Below are positions 9,235 through 18,102 of a stretch of DNA of 64,000 bases, in pieces. Location of the stretch: contig CAWBNQ010000011.1 of the NCBI GenBank assembly GCA_963790205.1, forward strand, positions 123,304 through 187,303, read 5' to 3'. Position 1 is the first letter of the stretch; each line of letters starts with the position of its first letter. The translations under genes and the position numbers were made by a program. The notes under the pieces were generated by a model that searched no databases, was not told the origin of the DNA, and saw nothing but the letters and a program-made list of their open reading frames with translations. The stretch is from Nitrospirota bacterium (GTDB lineage Bacteria; Nitrospirota; UBA9217).

Positions 9235-10890
9235 TCAATCCATGGCCGCTTCTTCTTTTTGAGACCGTTCCTCCGGCCACGCCCTTTTTTCAATTTCCTT
9301 CAGCAGATCCCCGAATGTCCCCGGATTGATCGCCGAGCACACGACGCCGTTGAAGCGCGCTGCCACGGCCCTGGCCCAGAGGGCGTTCACGAGGTCCGCC
9401 TTGTTGAACACCGGGAGCTTGGGGATCGTGTCGAGGCCGAGCTCGATCAACAGATTATCGACCGATTCCATCTGCTGCTCGAAGCGCGGGTTGCTGATGT
9501 CCACCACGTGCAGGATGAGGTCCGCGTCCTGCATCTCGTCGAGGGTCGCTTTAAAGGCGCCGAGGAGGTCCTTGGGCAGGTCCTTGATGAACCCGACGGT
9601 GTCGGTGATGACCACCTCGCGGTCGCGCGGGAAGCGCAGCCTCCGGGTGGCCGTGTCCAGGGTCGCGAACAGGAGATTTTCCGCCTTGACGTCCGATTTC
9701 GTAAGCATGTTAAAGAGCGTGGATTTTCCGGCGTTCGTGTACCCGGCGATCGAGACGATGGGGATCTCGCTTTTGACGCGCCGTTCACGGCGCTGGTCCC
9801 TGGCCCTGCCGAGGGCGTCGAGCTGCTTTTCGAGACGCCGTATCCTGTCCCGGGCCCGGCGCATGTCGATCTCGAGCCGCGTTTCTCCCGGTCCTCTGCC
9901 GCCGATGCCGCCCGTGAGGCGGGAGAGCGCGGTGGAACGCTCCGACAGCCTGGGCAGGCGGTACTTGAGCTGGGCAAGCTCGACCTGCACCTTGCCGTCC
10001 CCGCTGTGCGCCCTTCGTGCAAAAATGTCGAGGATGAGCTGCGTGCGGTCTATGACGCGCATCTCGGTAATGTCCCCGATGGCCTTGACCTGGGCCGGGG
10101 TGAGGTTCTGGTCGAAGACGATCAAATCCGCGCCGAGCTGCTGGGAGCGGATGATGAGCTCCTTGAGCTTGCCTTCGCCGAGAAGGTACTTGGGATTGAT
10201 GTCATGCAGCCGCTGAACCACGGTGTCGAGGACCGTGATGCCGTCGGAGCGGGTAAGCTCTTTCAGCTCTTCGATGGATTCTTCCTGCTCATGTTTGCTC
10301 TTTTTCGAGACGCTCACGAGGATCGCCCGGTCCTTCTTTGCAACCTCGATGGCGCTCTGCGCGCGCTCCATCTCCCGTTCGAGATCGGCGATGAAATTCG
10401 CGGCATCTATATCCACCCCATGGACGGCCCGCGGCGGGAGTACCTCGTACAGCTTCTCTGCAGGATTAGGCGGGAGCAGGTGCGCGATGGAAATACTGCC
10501 CGGCAAGCCGTCGGGCCGGGCGGCAAGCGCAGCGATCATATCCAGTCTCAACAGCGCCAGGTCCGTGAGGTCCTCCTGGTTCAGGGGCATTTCCTTAAGG
10601 TGGGTGTGAATGAACCTGACTCCGCGAAGACGCTTCGAGCCGAGCCGGTGTTCCGAGAGGTCGGGAATGAGAATGTCCTTATTCGTGCCGACGAGAACGG
10701 TTCGGATGCTTCCGGAACGGTCCATGATGAGCCCGACCTGCCTGCCGATCTCCGCGGAAACTTCGGTCAAAGCGCGGGCGGCTTCGGGTGTGATGATCAT
10801 ATTCGGCGGCGTTTTTCTGCGGTAGAGGCGCTCGAGCATGCGAAGCTCGGCGGGTTTGAGGCCGGTGGTATTGCCGTATACAGTAGGGAT
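9235..10890 (-). CDS. hflX: GTPase HflX (long form); start probably ATC at 10890
   Basis: IHTHL N-terminal domain, DRTQLILDIFARRA, QVELAQL, RGPGET, GYTNAGKS, LFATLD, DTVGFI, NKAD; SD AAGGAG 6 nt before ATC CCT ACT GTA TAC GGC. Confidence 0.95.
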   Translation of the reverse strand: MPTVYGNTTGLKPAELRMLERLYRRKTPPNMIITPEAARALTEVSAEIGRQVGLIMDRSGSIRTVLVGTNKDILIPDLSEHRLGSKRLRGVRFIHTHLKEMPLNQEDLTDLALLRLDMIAALAARPDGLPGSISIAHLLPPNPAEKLYEVLPPRAVHGVDIDAANFIADLEREMERAQSAIEVAKKDRAILVSVSKKSKHEQEESIEELKELTRSDGITVLDTVVQRLHDINPKYLLGEGKLKELIIRSQQLGADLIVFDQNLTPAQVKAIGDITEMRVIDRTQLILDIFARRAHSGDGKVQVELAQLKYRLPRLSERSTALSRLTGGIGGRGPGETRLEIDMRRARDRIRRLEKQLDALGRARDQRRERRVKSEIPIVSIAGYTNAGKSTLFNMLTKSDVKAENLLFATLDTATRRLRFPRDREVVITDTVGFIKDLPKDLLGAFKATLDEMQDADLILHVVDISNPRFEQQMESVDNLLIELGLDTIPKLPVFNKADLVNALWARAVAARFNGVVCSAINPGTFGDLLKEIEKRAWPEERSQKEEAAMD

Positions 10891-10998
10891 GAGAGGCTCC
10901 TTGAGTAAAATCACTCCGCACCTCTTGGAGAGATGCCGGGTGAGGGAATTTTGGATACGAGCAAACACAGCGCAGGCATGAGTACCTGCCCTGTGTAG

Positions 10999-11007
10999 AT
11001 TATAGCA
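10999..11007 (-). promoter_or_regulatory. Extended -10 promoter upstream of hflX
   Basis: Minus strand TGCTATAAT, followed by a GC hairpin (CAGGGCAGG...CCTGCGCTG). Confidence 0.5.
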
Positions 11008-11026
11008 TAATCGTGTGCGATACCCG

Positions 11027-11563
11027 TTACTTCACCAGGTACACGATGTCATGCTCCCGCGCGTGGTCCGTCACCTTGAGGCCCACGCTTTGGCCCGCGC
11101 CGGCCTGATCAACATGCTGGTGCTCGTACTCCATGGATTCGACCTCCTGGGTAAAATCGGTGCTATGGCCTTTGACGCGGATCATATCGCCCGTTTTAAG
11201 CGTTCCCTTGTTGAGTTGTACCACGACCACGCCGAGATGGCTGTAGTAATGGGTCACGGTGCCGAGCGCCTCTTCGTTCGCAGCCGGCTCTTCCACGGGC
11301 GGGTTGCCGCTTGGCGGCGGACCCGGTTCTACCATGGCCGATTTTGGCGGGAGCGGGGGCTTGGCCTTAGGTGCGGCCTTCTTTGCGGATTTTTCCCGGG
11401 CTGCTTTCTTTTTTAAGACTGTCTTTTTGGCGGCTTTTTTCTTGGCTTTTTTCTTTTTTGTGATTTTCTTCTTCGGAGTTTTCTTTTTCGAGGCTTTCTT
11501 CCGAACGGGTTTGCGGGAAGCCGATTTTTTTGCTTTGCTTTTACCTTTTGTTTTTTTAGGCAT
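11027..11563 (-). CDS. Lys/Ala-rich N-terminal tail plus translation elongation factor domain-II-like beta-barrel
   Basis: SD GAGGAGGT before MPKKTK; C-terminal GTVTHYYSHLGVVVV...LKTGD.IRVKG..TDFTQ.VESM....VGLKV..REHDIVY. Confidence 0.75.
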   Translation of the reverse strand: MPKKTKGKSKAKKSASRKPVRKKASKKKTPKKKITKKKKAKKKAAKKTVLKKKAAREKSAKKAAPKAKPPLPPKSAMVEPGPPPSGNPPVEEPAANEEALGTVTHYYSHLGVVVVQLNKGTLKTGDMIRVKGHSTDFTQEVESMEYEHQHVDQAGAGQSVGLKVTDHAREHDIVYLVK

Positions 11564-11597
11564 GAAGACCTCCTCTAAAAATGGGTTGAATATCTTT

Positions 11598-11770
11598 ACC
11601 ACAAAGACACCAAGACACGAAGAAGATCTTTAAACACGCAAGTAAACAAATCCCAAAGGCATTCAGGTATTACTTCGTGCCTTCGCCTGCACCCAGCGGT
11701 TACGAGTGGTAACGTAGCCTGCTCTTGCGAAGACGCGGCCATAAACGAGTGCAGGGTATGACTTCGTGGT
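11598..11770. repeat. Intergenic inverted repeat whose right arm is split by a 73-bp miniature element
   Basis: Left arm ACCACAAAGACACCAAGACACGAAG (11598-11622). Right arm CTTCGTGCCTTCG (11673-11685) plus TGACTTCGTGGT (11759-11770) is 21/25 complementary when joined. Insert CCTGCAC...GTGCAGGGTA. Confidence 0.7.
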
Positions 11771-12168
11771 GGATTTTATTCTGACTTGTCCAGGTTAGGA
11801 AAATTGTAGCAAAGATTAAGGAAAATGCAAGAAATTTATGTTTTTTTGCATCTTTTGGCCATTCAGGCGCTTGAATCGTCCGGATTTGTGCCTGCGGTAA
11901 TTGCTGTTGCCCGTAATGATGGCTGGTTTTCAGTATAATATGTCATTCATTATTATTTTCACTTATGCTATAGTAGTCCAACGAAGGTCACTAGATGAGG
12001 ATGCGGGAAAATCCCCTGTGTTACCGCGAGGCGTCTGTCCTCGGAATTTTACCGGAAAGCTCGATTAACTATGGCTTGTAATTGCACGCTCTATCGGGTA
12101 AAATTCGTCTCATCTCAGCGCCGCGTTGCTCAGGTGCCTCCGGATTGAACGCCCTCACGGAACGAACC

Positions 12169-13194
12169 ATGAAAATCCTTGTTATCAAACTTTCCGCCAT
12201 CGGCGACGTGGTACAGACGCTGCCCGCGCTCGAGGCGATCAAGAAGCTCTACCCGGCCGGTGAAGTAACCTGGATCGTCGAGGAAGCGGCGGCAGGTATC
12301 CTCGAAGGCCATCCGCTTATCGACAGGGTATTGGTCTCGCGAAGAAAAGCGCTGACCGGGATGCTGAAAAATCCCCGTACGTTCATGAAAGGGCTGGGCG
12401 GTATTATCGGTTTTTTTCGGGAACTGCGGTCTACCCGGTATGACATTGCCGTCGATTTTCAAGGACTCTTGAAGAGCGGCATCCTCATGGGCCTGGCCCG
12501 TGCAAAGCGCAAGATCGGCTTTGACCGCACTCGCGAGCTTTCCTACCTGTTCCTGAATGAACGCCTGCCTGCTTACGATATCGAGAAGCATGCGCTGGAA
12601 CGGTATCTCGATATTGCGCGCTATCTCGGTGCACACGACCCGGCGCCGGTCTGCACGCTGCCGATCGAACGGGAAATTGCGAGGATGCGCCAGAGGACGG
12701 CGGTCATGAAAGGAGCGGGAAAGCCGCTTGTTGTCATAAATCCGGTGGCGCGCTGGAAGACCAAGCTTTGGAGGGAAAGTAACTTTGCGGAGTTGGCGGA
12801 CAGGCTCGTGCTGGAGAAGAAGGCCGTGGTGATCTTTACCGGCAGCGCCGCAGATCGGGACGTGAACCAAAGGATCATATCCAGAATGAAGCAGCCCGCG
12901 GAGAACTGGGCGGGAGAGACCTCTCTCAAGGAACTGGCGGCACTTGCCGCGCTTTCAGACCTGTTCATCACCACGGACACGGGTCCCATGCATCTGGCCG
13001 CGGCGGCAGGCGCGAAGGTCCTGGCGCTGTTCGGTCCCACGGCGCCCTGGCGGACCGGGCCTTACGGGAAGTCACCGGTCACTGTGCGAGCGGGAATTGA
13101 ATGCTCTCCCTGTTTTAAGCGAACCTGTGAAGACAACATCAGCTGTATGGAAGGGATATCGGTCGAGGACGTGATGAGTAAGATCGCATGGTGA
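12169..13194 (+). CDS. LPS heptosyltransferase (GT9, WaaC/WaaF-like)
   Basis: MKILVIKLSAIGDVV, DFQGLLKS, DTGPMHLAAA, LFGPT, CSPCFKRTC. Confidence 0.9.
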   Translation: MKILVIKLSAIGDVVQTLPALEAIKKLYPAGEVTWIVEEAAAGILEGHPLIDRVLVSRRKALTGMLKNPRTFMKGLGGIIGFFRELRSTRYDIAVDFQGLLKSGILMGLARAKRKIGFDRTRELSYLFLNERLPAYDIEKHALERYLDIARYLGAHDPAPVCTLPIEREIARMRQRTAVMKGAGKPLVVINPVARWKTKLWRESNFAELADRLVLEKKAVVIFTGSAADRDVNQRIISRMKQPAENWAGETSLKELAALAALSDLFITTDTGPMHLAAAAGAKVLALFGPTAPWRTGPYGKSPVTVRAGIECSPCFKRTCEDNISCMEGISVEDVMSKIAW

Positions 13195-13282
13195 ACTGAA
13201 AACCGTTCAACCCGAGCACTACCGGCTTGATCACCTTAGTATCATGCGCCTATCGTCTCAGCTCATGCCTGCACGGAAGTAT

Positions 13283-13732
13283 TTATCGGCAGGGCATCGC
13301 CATCGTCTTCTCGATATAGTTCACGATCTGTTCCAACGCCAGCCTTCGGTCGTCAAGTCCCCAGAAGAAAAAATCGTCAACGGACTTGAACGGCCCATAG
13401 GCCTCACGATGGTCAGCGATAATGGACGTGGCAAGCTTGTCGTTACCTTCACCTCCGGCCGAAATGATTTCGTCCATGAGTTTTGGAAAGCTTGCATACC
13501 AGGCAGAATAATGCTTTCCCAGGCCGGACCTCACCTTGTCCTTGACCAGATCAAGGACTTTCCGGTAGTAGTGGGCTTGGTCATATATCATATGCTGGGG
13601 ATCGGTCAGAATGGAATACATGCCGATGGCCTGGGTGAGCTCGACGTAACGGCCTCTTTTGAAATAGTCCTCGATCGAGGCCATAAGGCCCTGATCATTT
13701 TCGATGGTTGAAACCCTTACAACTTCGGGCAT
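13283..13732 (-). CDS. Hypothetical protein
   Basis: 149-aa ORF with SD AAAGGAGGA and host-like codon usage. Confidence 0.7.
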   Translation of the reverse strand: MPEVVRVSTIENDQGLMASIEDYFKRGRYVELTQAIGMYSILTDPQHMIYDQAHYYRKVLDLVKDKVRSGLGKHYSAWYASFPKLMDEIISAGGEGNDKLATSIIADHREAYGPFKSVDDFFFWGLDDRRLALEQIVNYIEKTMAMPCR

Positions 13733-13897
13733 GAACGATTTCCTCCTTTGGTAATGAGCAGCTTAAACTCCACGGAAAAATAGTATAACAATTCCGGGAA
13801 GGAAGCAAGATATTTATTTAAGTCCGTCCTGCCTGCAAGAATCAAGGTTGGACGAAAACTGCGCCGATCTCATGAGTTCGGAGGAAGGGGGAACAAT

Positions 13898-14383
13898 ATG
13901 ATCAAGCGATGCGTGAAAGCCGACGTAGTCTTCCTTACAGCGCTCATGGCATTTTTGATGAGTGGTTGTCATGCCGGTACGGAGCAGGATAAGGTTACAA
14001 AGGTCGTTCATAGGGTTCAACGAGCAGCAGAGGGCAAGGATATCAAACAGGTTCTTGCTCACGTATCTAAAATCTATAAGGACCCTCAGGGGAACGATTA
14101 TAACGACATTAAGGATCTGCTGATCTACTACTTTATCAGGCACGCGAAAGTGTCGGTCTTCATAACTAATCTTGAAGTCCACGTCGATGGCTCCTTGGCT
14201 ACAGCGAGGTTCCAGTCGGTGCTGTCAGGCAGAAATAAGATGGATTCAGCCGACGACGTCCTTCCTGAAGCAACCGGCGCATATAACTTCGACGTGACTC
14301 TGGCTCTGGAGTCGGGTGAGTGGCGGATCGTTTCAGCGAAATGGGACCGGACAGGAAAAGGGTCGTTCGATAAAATGCCGTAA
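13898..14383 (+). CDS. Lipoprotein, NTF2-like fold
   Basis: Lipobox LMSGC; N-terminal helix followed by beta strands ending GEWRIVSAKW. Confidence 0.7.
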   Translation: MIKRCVKADVVFLTALMAFLMSGCHAGTEQDKVTKVVHRVQRAAEGKDIKQVLAHVSKIYKDPQGNDYNDIKDLLIYYFIRHAKVSVFITNLEVHVDGSLATARFQSVLSGRNKMDSADDVLPEATGAYNFDVTLALESGEWRIVSAKWDRTGKGSFDKMP

Positions 14384-14466
14384 AACAAAATGCCCTGCGC
14401 GTTGTCCGGTCTCCTTCAACAATGCCTTGATATCCTCGTATCTTTATGAGATAATCATGTCTTGTT

Positions 14467-15621
14467 ATGGTCTTTTTCCCGGCAGCGATCAAGAGATTTA
14501 CACATGCGCTCACCATACCTCTGTGGGCGGGTCTGCTCGCGCTGCCCTTTGCCGGCCTCGGGAGCGCTTTCCGCGTTGTTGCGACAACTGGCGTCCTCAT
14601 TGTTTTGTGGAAACTGATAACGCTTGACTCCATAACGGCGCTCCGAATATCGCTAAAGGGGAAAGTCTCCCGTCTGCGTGCCGTATCGTCATTTATCAGC
14701 TTCCATGCCGACTCTCCGGTAATCCTTTCGTGTCTTGTCCTCTTCCTTATCGTCTTCCCTCTTTTTACCAACGATTATTATCGGGATGTTATGACGATCA
14801 CGGGCATGTACATCGTCCTTGCCCTGGGCCTGAATCTCGTCGTGGGCCAGGCAGGCTTGCTGAACCTGGGCTACGTGGCCTTTTACGCGATCGGGGCCTA
14901 CACCTATGCTATTCTCTCCACGCTCTACGGGCTCTCATTCTGGCCCGGCATGGCGCTCGGCCCTCTTGTTGCCGCCTGCTTTGCGGTGCTCCTCGGATCG
15001 CCGATACTGAAATTGCGGGGCGATTACTTCGCGATCGTGACCCTGGGCCTGGGGGAAATCACCCGTATAGTCCTGAACAACTGGGACGCGATGACCGGTG
15101 GACCGAACGGGCTCGCGAAGATCAACAGGCCGGTGATCGCGGGATATACGCTTCATACGACCCTCGATTATTATTATCTTATTCTGGTGATTGTCATTAT
15201 AACCATATTTGCCATGCACAGGCTCATCTCATCGCGCATAGGCAGGGCGTGGATCGCGATCCGCGAGGACGAGGTCGCGGCCGAGGCAATGGGAATCAAT
15301 ACGTTCAGGCTGAAATTGCTTGCTTTCGTGCTCGGCTCGGCATGGGCGGGGTTGGCCGGCGTGTTCTTTGCCGCCAAAATGGCCTTTGTATCGCCCGAGA
15401 GCTTCACCTTTTTTGAATCGGTCCTGATCCTCTGCATGGTAGTGCTCGGCGGCATGGGCAGCATCCCCGGTATTATACTGGGGGCGGTGCTTCTGATCGG
15501 ACTTCCGGAAGTGTTTCGCGATTTTCAGGACTACCGGATGCTGGCTTTCGGCGCGGCGCTGGTCCTTATGATGATATTCAGGCCGCAGGGGCTGTTGGGG
15601 TCGGTGAAAAAATCAGTTTGA
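14467..15621 (+). CDS. livM: Branched-chain amino acid ABC permease
   Basis: GLNLVVGQAGLLNLGYVAFYAIGAY, LRGDYFAIVTLGLGEI, AIREDE.AAEAMG, VVLGGMGS. Confidence 0.9.
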   Translation: MVFFPAAIKRFTHALTIPLWAGLLALPFAGLGSAFRVVATTGVLIVLWKLITLDSITALRISLKGKVSRLRAVSSFISFHADSPVILSCLVLFLIVFPLFTNDYYRDVMTITGMYIVLALGLNLVVGQAGLLNLGYVAFYAIGAYTYAILSTLYGLSFWPGMALGPLVAACFAVLLGSPILKLRGDYFAIVTLGLGEITRIVLNNWDAMTGGPNGLAKINRPVIAGYTLHTTLDYYYLILVIVIITIFAMHRLISSRIGRAWIAIREDEVAAEAMGINTFRLKLLAFVLGSAWAGLAGVFFAAKMAFVSPESFTFFESVLILCMVVLGGMGSIPGIILGAVLLIGLPEVFRDFQDYRMLAFGAALVLMMIFRPQGLLGSVKKSV

Positions 15622-15654
15622 ACCGTTCAAACGGTTTAAACGGCTTGAACGAAT

Positions 15655-16425
15655 ATGCTGTTATTAGAGACCAAAAACCTGACCAAACACTTCGGCGGAC
15701 TCAAGGCGCTCGAGGGCATCGATATGCGTGTCGAACGAGAGAGGATCGTAAGCGTCATCGGCCCGAACGGGGCAGGGAAAACCACGTTCTTTAATTGCAT
15801 TACGGGCATTTATCAGCCGACAGCCGGAAACGCGATATTCCACGACCGGGACGTCACGAACATGCCGCCGCACGCTATTACGGGAATGGGCATCGCGAGG
15901 ACATTCCAGAACATCCGCCTCTTCGGCGGCATGACCTGCGTCGAGAACGTCATGGTGGCGGCGCACTGCCGCACCCAGGCAGGTGTGTTCGGCGCAATCT
16001 TCCGACCGCGCAGGGTGATTAAGGAAGAGCGGGACATGGGCTTCCGGGCCATGGACATCCTGAAATTCGTCGGCCTTGAAAGCAGACACGGCGTTCTCGC
16101 GGCGAACCTCTCCTACGGCGACCAGCGACGGCTTGAGATCGCGCGGGCGCTTGGGACTGAACCGCATCTCTTGCTTCTTGATGAGCCTGCTGCGGGCATG
16201 AATCCCCTGGAAACGCAGGAGTTGATGGCGTTGATCCGTAAAATACGCGATAACGGCGTGGCGATCCTTCTGATAGAACATGATATGAAAGTGGTCATGG
16301 GCATATCGGACAGGGTGCTCGTGCTGGACCACGGCGTGAAGATTGCCGAAGGTTTACCGAAAGACATACAGGCCAACCCCCAGGTGGTAGAAGCCTATCT
16401 CGGCAAGGAGAACGCCCATGCTTGA
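15655..16425 (+). CDS. livG: Branched-chain amino acid ABC ATPase
   Basis: GPNGAGKTT, GIARTFQNIRLF, LSYGDQRRLEIA, LDEPAAG, EHDM. Confidence 0.9.
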   Translation: MLLLETKNLTKHFGGLKALEGIDMRVERERIVSVIGPNGAGKTTFFNCITGIYQPTAGNAIFHDRDVTNMPPHAITGMGIARTFQNIRLFGGMTCVENVMVAAHCRTQAGVFGAIFRPRRVIKEERDMGFRAMDILKFVGLESRHGVLAANLSYGDQRRLEIARALGTEPHLLLLDEPAAGMNPLETQELMALIRKIRDNGVAILLIEHDMKVVMGISDRVLVLDHGVKIAEGLPKDIQANPQVVEAYLGKENAHA

Positions 16426-17119
16426 ACTCAGGGATGTGACCGTCTCCTATGGCATGATCGATGCGCTCAAGGGCATCAGCCTGAACGTGAAGCAGGGAGA
16501 GATTGTCGCCTTGATCGGTGCGAACGGGGCCGGCAAGTCGACGACTCTGATGTCTGTCTCGGGCGTTGCTCCCCTGCGTTCCGGCAAGATTATTTATGAA
16601 GGCAGAGAGACATCCACCCTCCCGGCCCACGAGATCGTCCGGCTGGGAATATCGCAGGTCCCGGAAGGCAGACGCATATTCCCCCGGATGACCGTGCGGG
16701 AAAATCTGGAAATGGGGGCATTCCGCGAAAAGAAGCATGAGTTCGTCCGGCATATCGCTCAGGTATACGATATGTTTCCTGCGCTCGCGGAGCGGGATAA
16801 ACAGCTCGGCGGTACACTCTCGGGAGGTGAGCAGCAGATGCTCGCCATCGGCAGGGCTCTCATGTCAAAGCCGCGGCTTTTGCTCCTGGACGAGCCTTCT
16901 CTCGGCCTTGCCCCAATTATCGTGGGCCGGATCTTCAAGATCATCAAAGAGATCAATGACCAGGGGACGACCGTCCTTCTGGTGGAGCAGAACGCAAAAG
17001 CCGCCCTCCGTCTGGCTCACCGAGCCTATGTGATGGAGACCGGAAAGATCGTGATGCAGGGCGATGCCGCGGTGCTCGAAAAGGACCCGGGGATCAAAAA
17101 AGCGTATCTGGGAGAATGA
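16418..17119 (+). CDS. livF: Branched-chain amino acid ABC ATPase
   Basis: GANGAGKST, VPEGRRIF, LSGGEQQM, LDEPSLGLAP, VEQNA. Confidence 0.9.
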   Translation: MLELRDVTVSYGMIDALKGISLNVKQGEIVALIGANGAGKSTTLMSVSGVAPLRSGKIIYEGRETSTLPAHEIVRLGISQVPEGRRIFPRMTVRENLEMGAFREKKHEFVRHIAQVYDMFPALAERDKQLGGTLSGGEQQMLAIGRALMSKPRLLLLDEPSLGLAPIIVGRIFKIIKEINDQGTTVLLVEQNAKAALRLAHRAYVMETGKIVMQGDAAVLEKDPGIKKAYLGE

Positions 17120-17142
17120 TCAGAATGCTGACGAAGGAATCG

Positions 17143-17233
17143 CCCCTCACCCCGGCCCTCTTCCCGACAGGAGGAGGGAGAATAGGAGCAAAACCTCCTC
17201 TCCCCGTGGGGGAGGGGATTGAAGTGAGAGGGG
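17143..17233. repeat. REP-like GC palindromic element (CCCCTCACCCCGGCCCTC...GTGAGAGGGG) with internal hairpins
   Basis: Outer arms CCCCTCAC/GTGAGAGGGG and inner CCCTCTTCCC..GGAGGAGGG and CCTCTCCCC..GGGGGAGGGG, between livF and truA. Confidence 0.65.
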
Positions 17234-17234
17234 C

Positions 17235-17978
17235 ATGAGAAACATAAAAATCATCCTCGAATACGACGGCACAAACTATCACGGCTGGCAGTCGCAGGCC
17301 GGGACCGAAAATCCGACAATACAGGACGCGCTTGAACATGCCCTCAAAACACTCACGAAGGCAGATTGCCAAACCTCTTCTTCGGGACGTACGGATGCGG
17401 GTGTGCATGCTTTCGGACACGTGGCCAACTTCAAGACCGGGAGCAGCATCCCGGCTGAGGCCTGGGCGCCTGCGCTCAATCATCTGCTGCCCGGCGATAT
17501 CAGGGTGTTGGTATCCGGAGAGGCGCCTGAAGACTTCCATGCGCGCTACAGTGCACTGAGCAAGGTCTACAAATACCGTATATTGAACAGGCGCGCACCG
17601 ACCGCGTTGTATCGTAACTATGCCTGGCACATCAATGCGCCCCTGAATCTTAAGAAGATGAGGCAGGCTGCCTCTTGTCTTCCGGGCAAGCACGATTTTT
17701 CAACCTTTCGCAGTTCGGGGTGCGGGGCCAAAACACCGGTGAGGACGCTTAAAAGAGTAGAGATAGACAAAAGAGGAGACTTCATCGAGATATGGTTTGA
17801 AGCCGATTCTTTTCTTCAGTACATGGTGAGAAATATAACGGGAACGCTTGTCGAAGTAGGCCTCGGCAGATTTAGCCCTGATGACGTGGAGCGGATGCTC
17901 AAGTCTTGCGACCGGACCTTGGCAGGCCGCACAGCCCCGCCGCAGGGTCTCTACCTGGTGAAAGTGTATTACCCATGA
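17235..17978 (+). CDS. truA: tRNA pseudouridine(38-40) synthase
   Basis: YDGTNYHGWQ, GRTDAGVHA, FHARYSA, FLQYMVRNI, TAPPQGLYL. Confidence 0.95.
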   Translation: MRNIKIILEYDGTNYHGWQSQAGTENPTIQDALEHALKTLTKADCQTSSSGRTDAGVHAFGHVANFKTGSSIPAEAWAPALNHLLPGDIRVLVSGEAPEDFHARYSALSKVYKYRILNRRAPTALYRNYAWHINAPLNLKKMRQAASCLPGKHDFSTFRSSGCGAKTPVRTLKRVEIDKRGDFIEIWFEADSFLQYMVRNITGTLVEVGLGRFSPDDVERMLKSCDRTLAGRTAPPQGLYLVKVYYP

Positions 17979-18085
17979 AGGCGAATATCAACCAGGTGTT
18001 TGCAAATGTGTAAGCTCCAAAAGGGCAATTCTCATTTTTGCAAAAATCCGGTGTTAGTTTATTTCATAAAATCAAAAGGTTCTGG

Positions 18086-18102
18086 TTGGCATAGGAACTG
18101 CA
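18086..18102 (+). promoter_or_regulatory. Putative sigma54 (-24/-12) promoter
   Basis: TTGGCATAGGAACTGCA has exact GG-N10-GC spacing; an IHF-like AATCAAAAGGTT and AT-rich DNA lie just upstream. Confidence 0.6.

Noticed and set aside
8485-9483. hflX 3' repeat pair as a diversity-generating retroelement TR/VR
   Set aside because: Differences are not confined to adenines on either strand, are mostly synonymous, and no reverse transcriptase is in the window.
9229-10908. Long antisense ORFs (e.g. 9229-10908 +, 3360-4817 -, 35720-37471 -, 44233-45789 -, 62862-63968 +)
   Set aside because: Shadow frames opposite well-supported genes in biased-codon DNA; no recognisable motifs.
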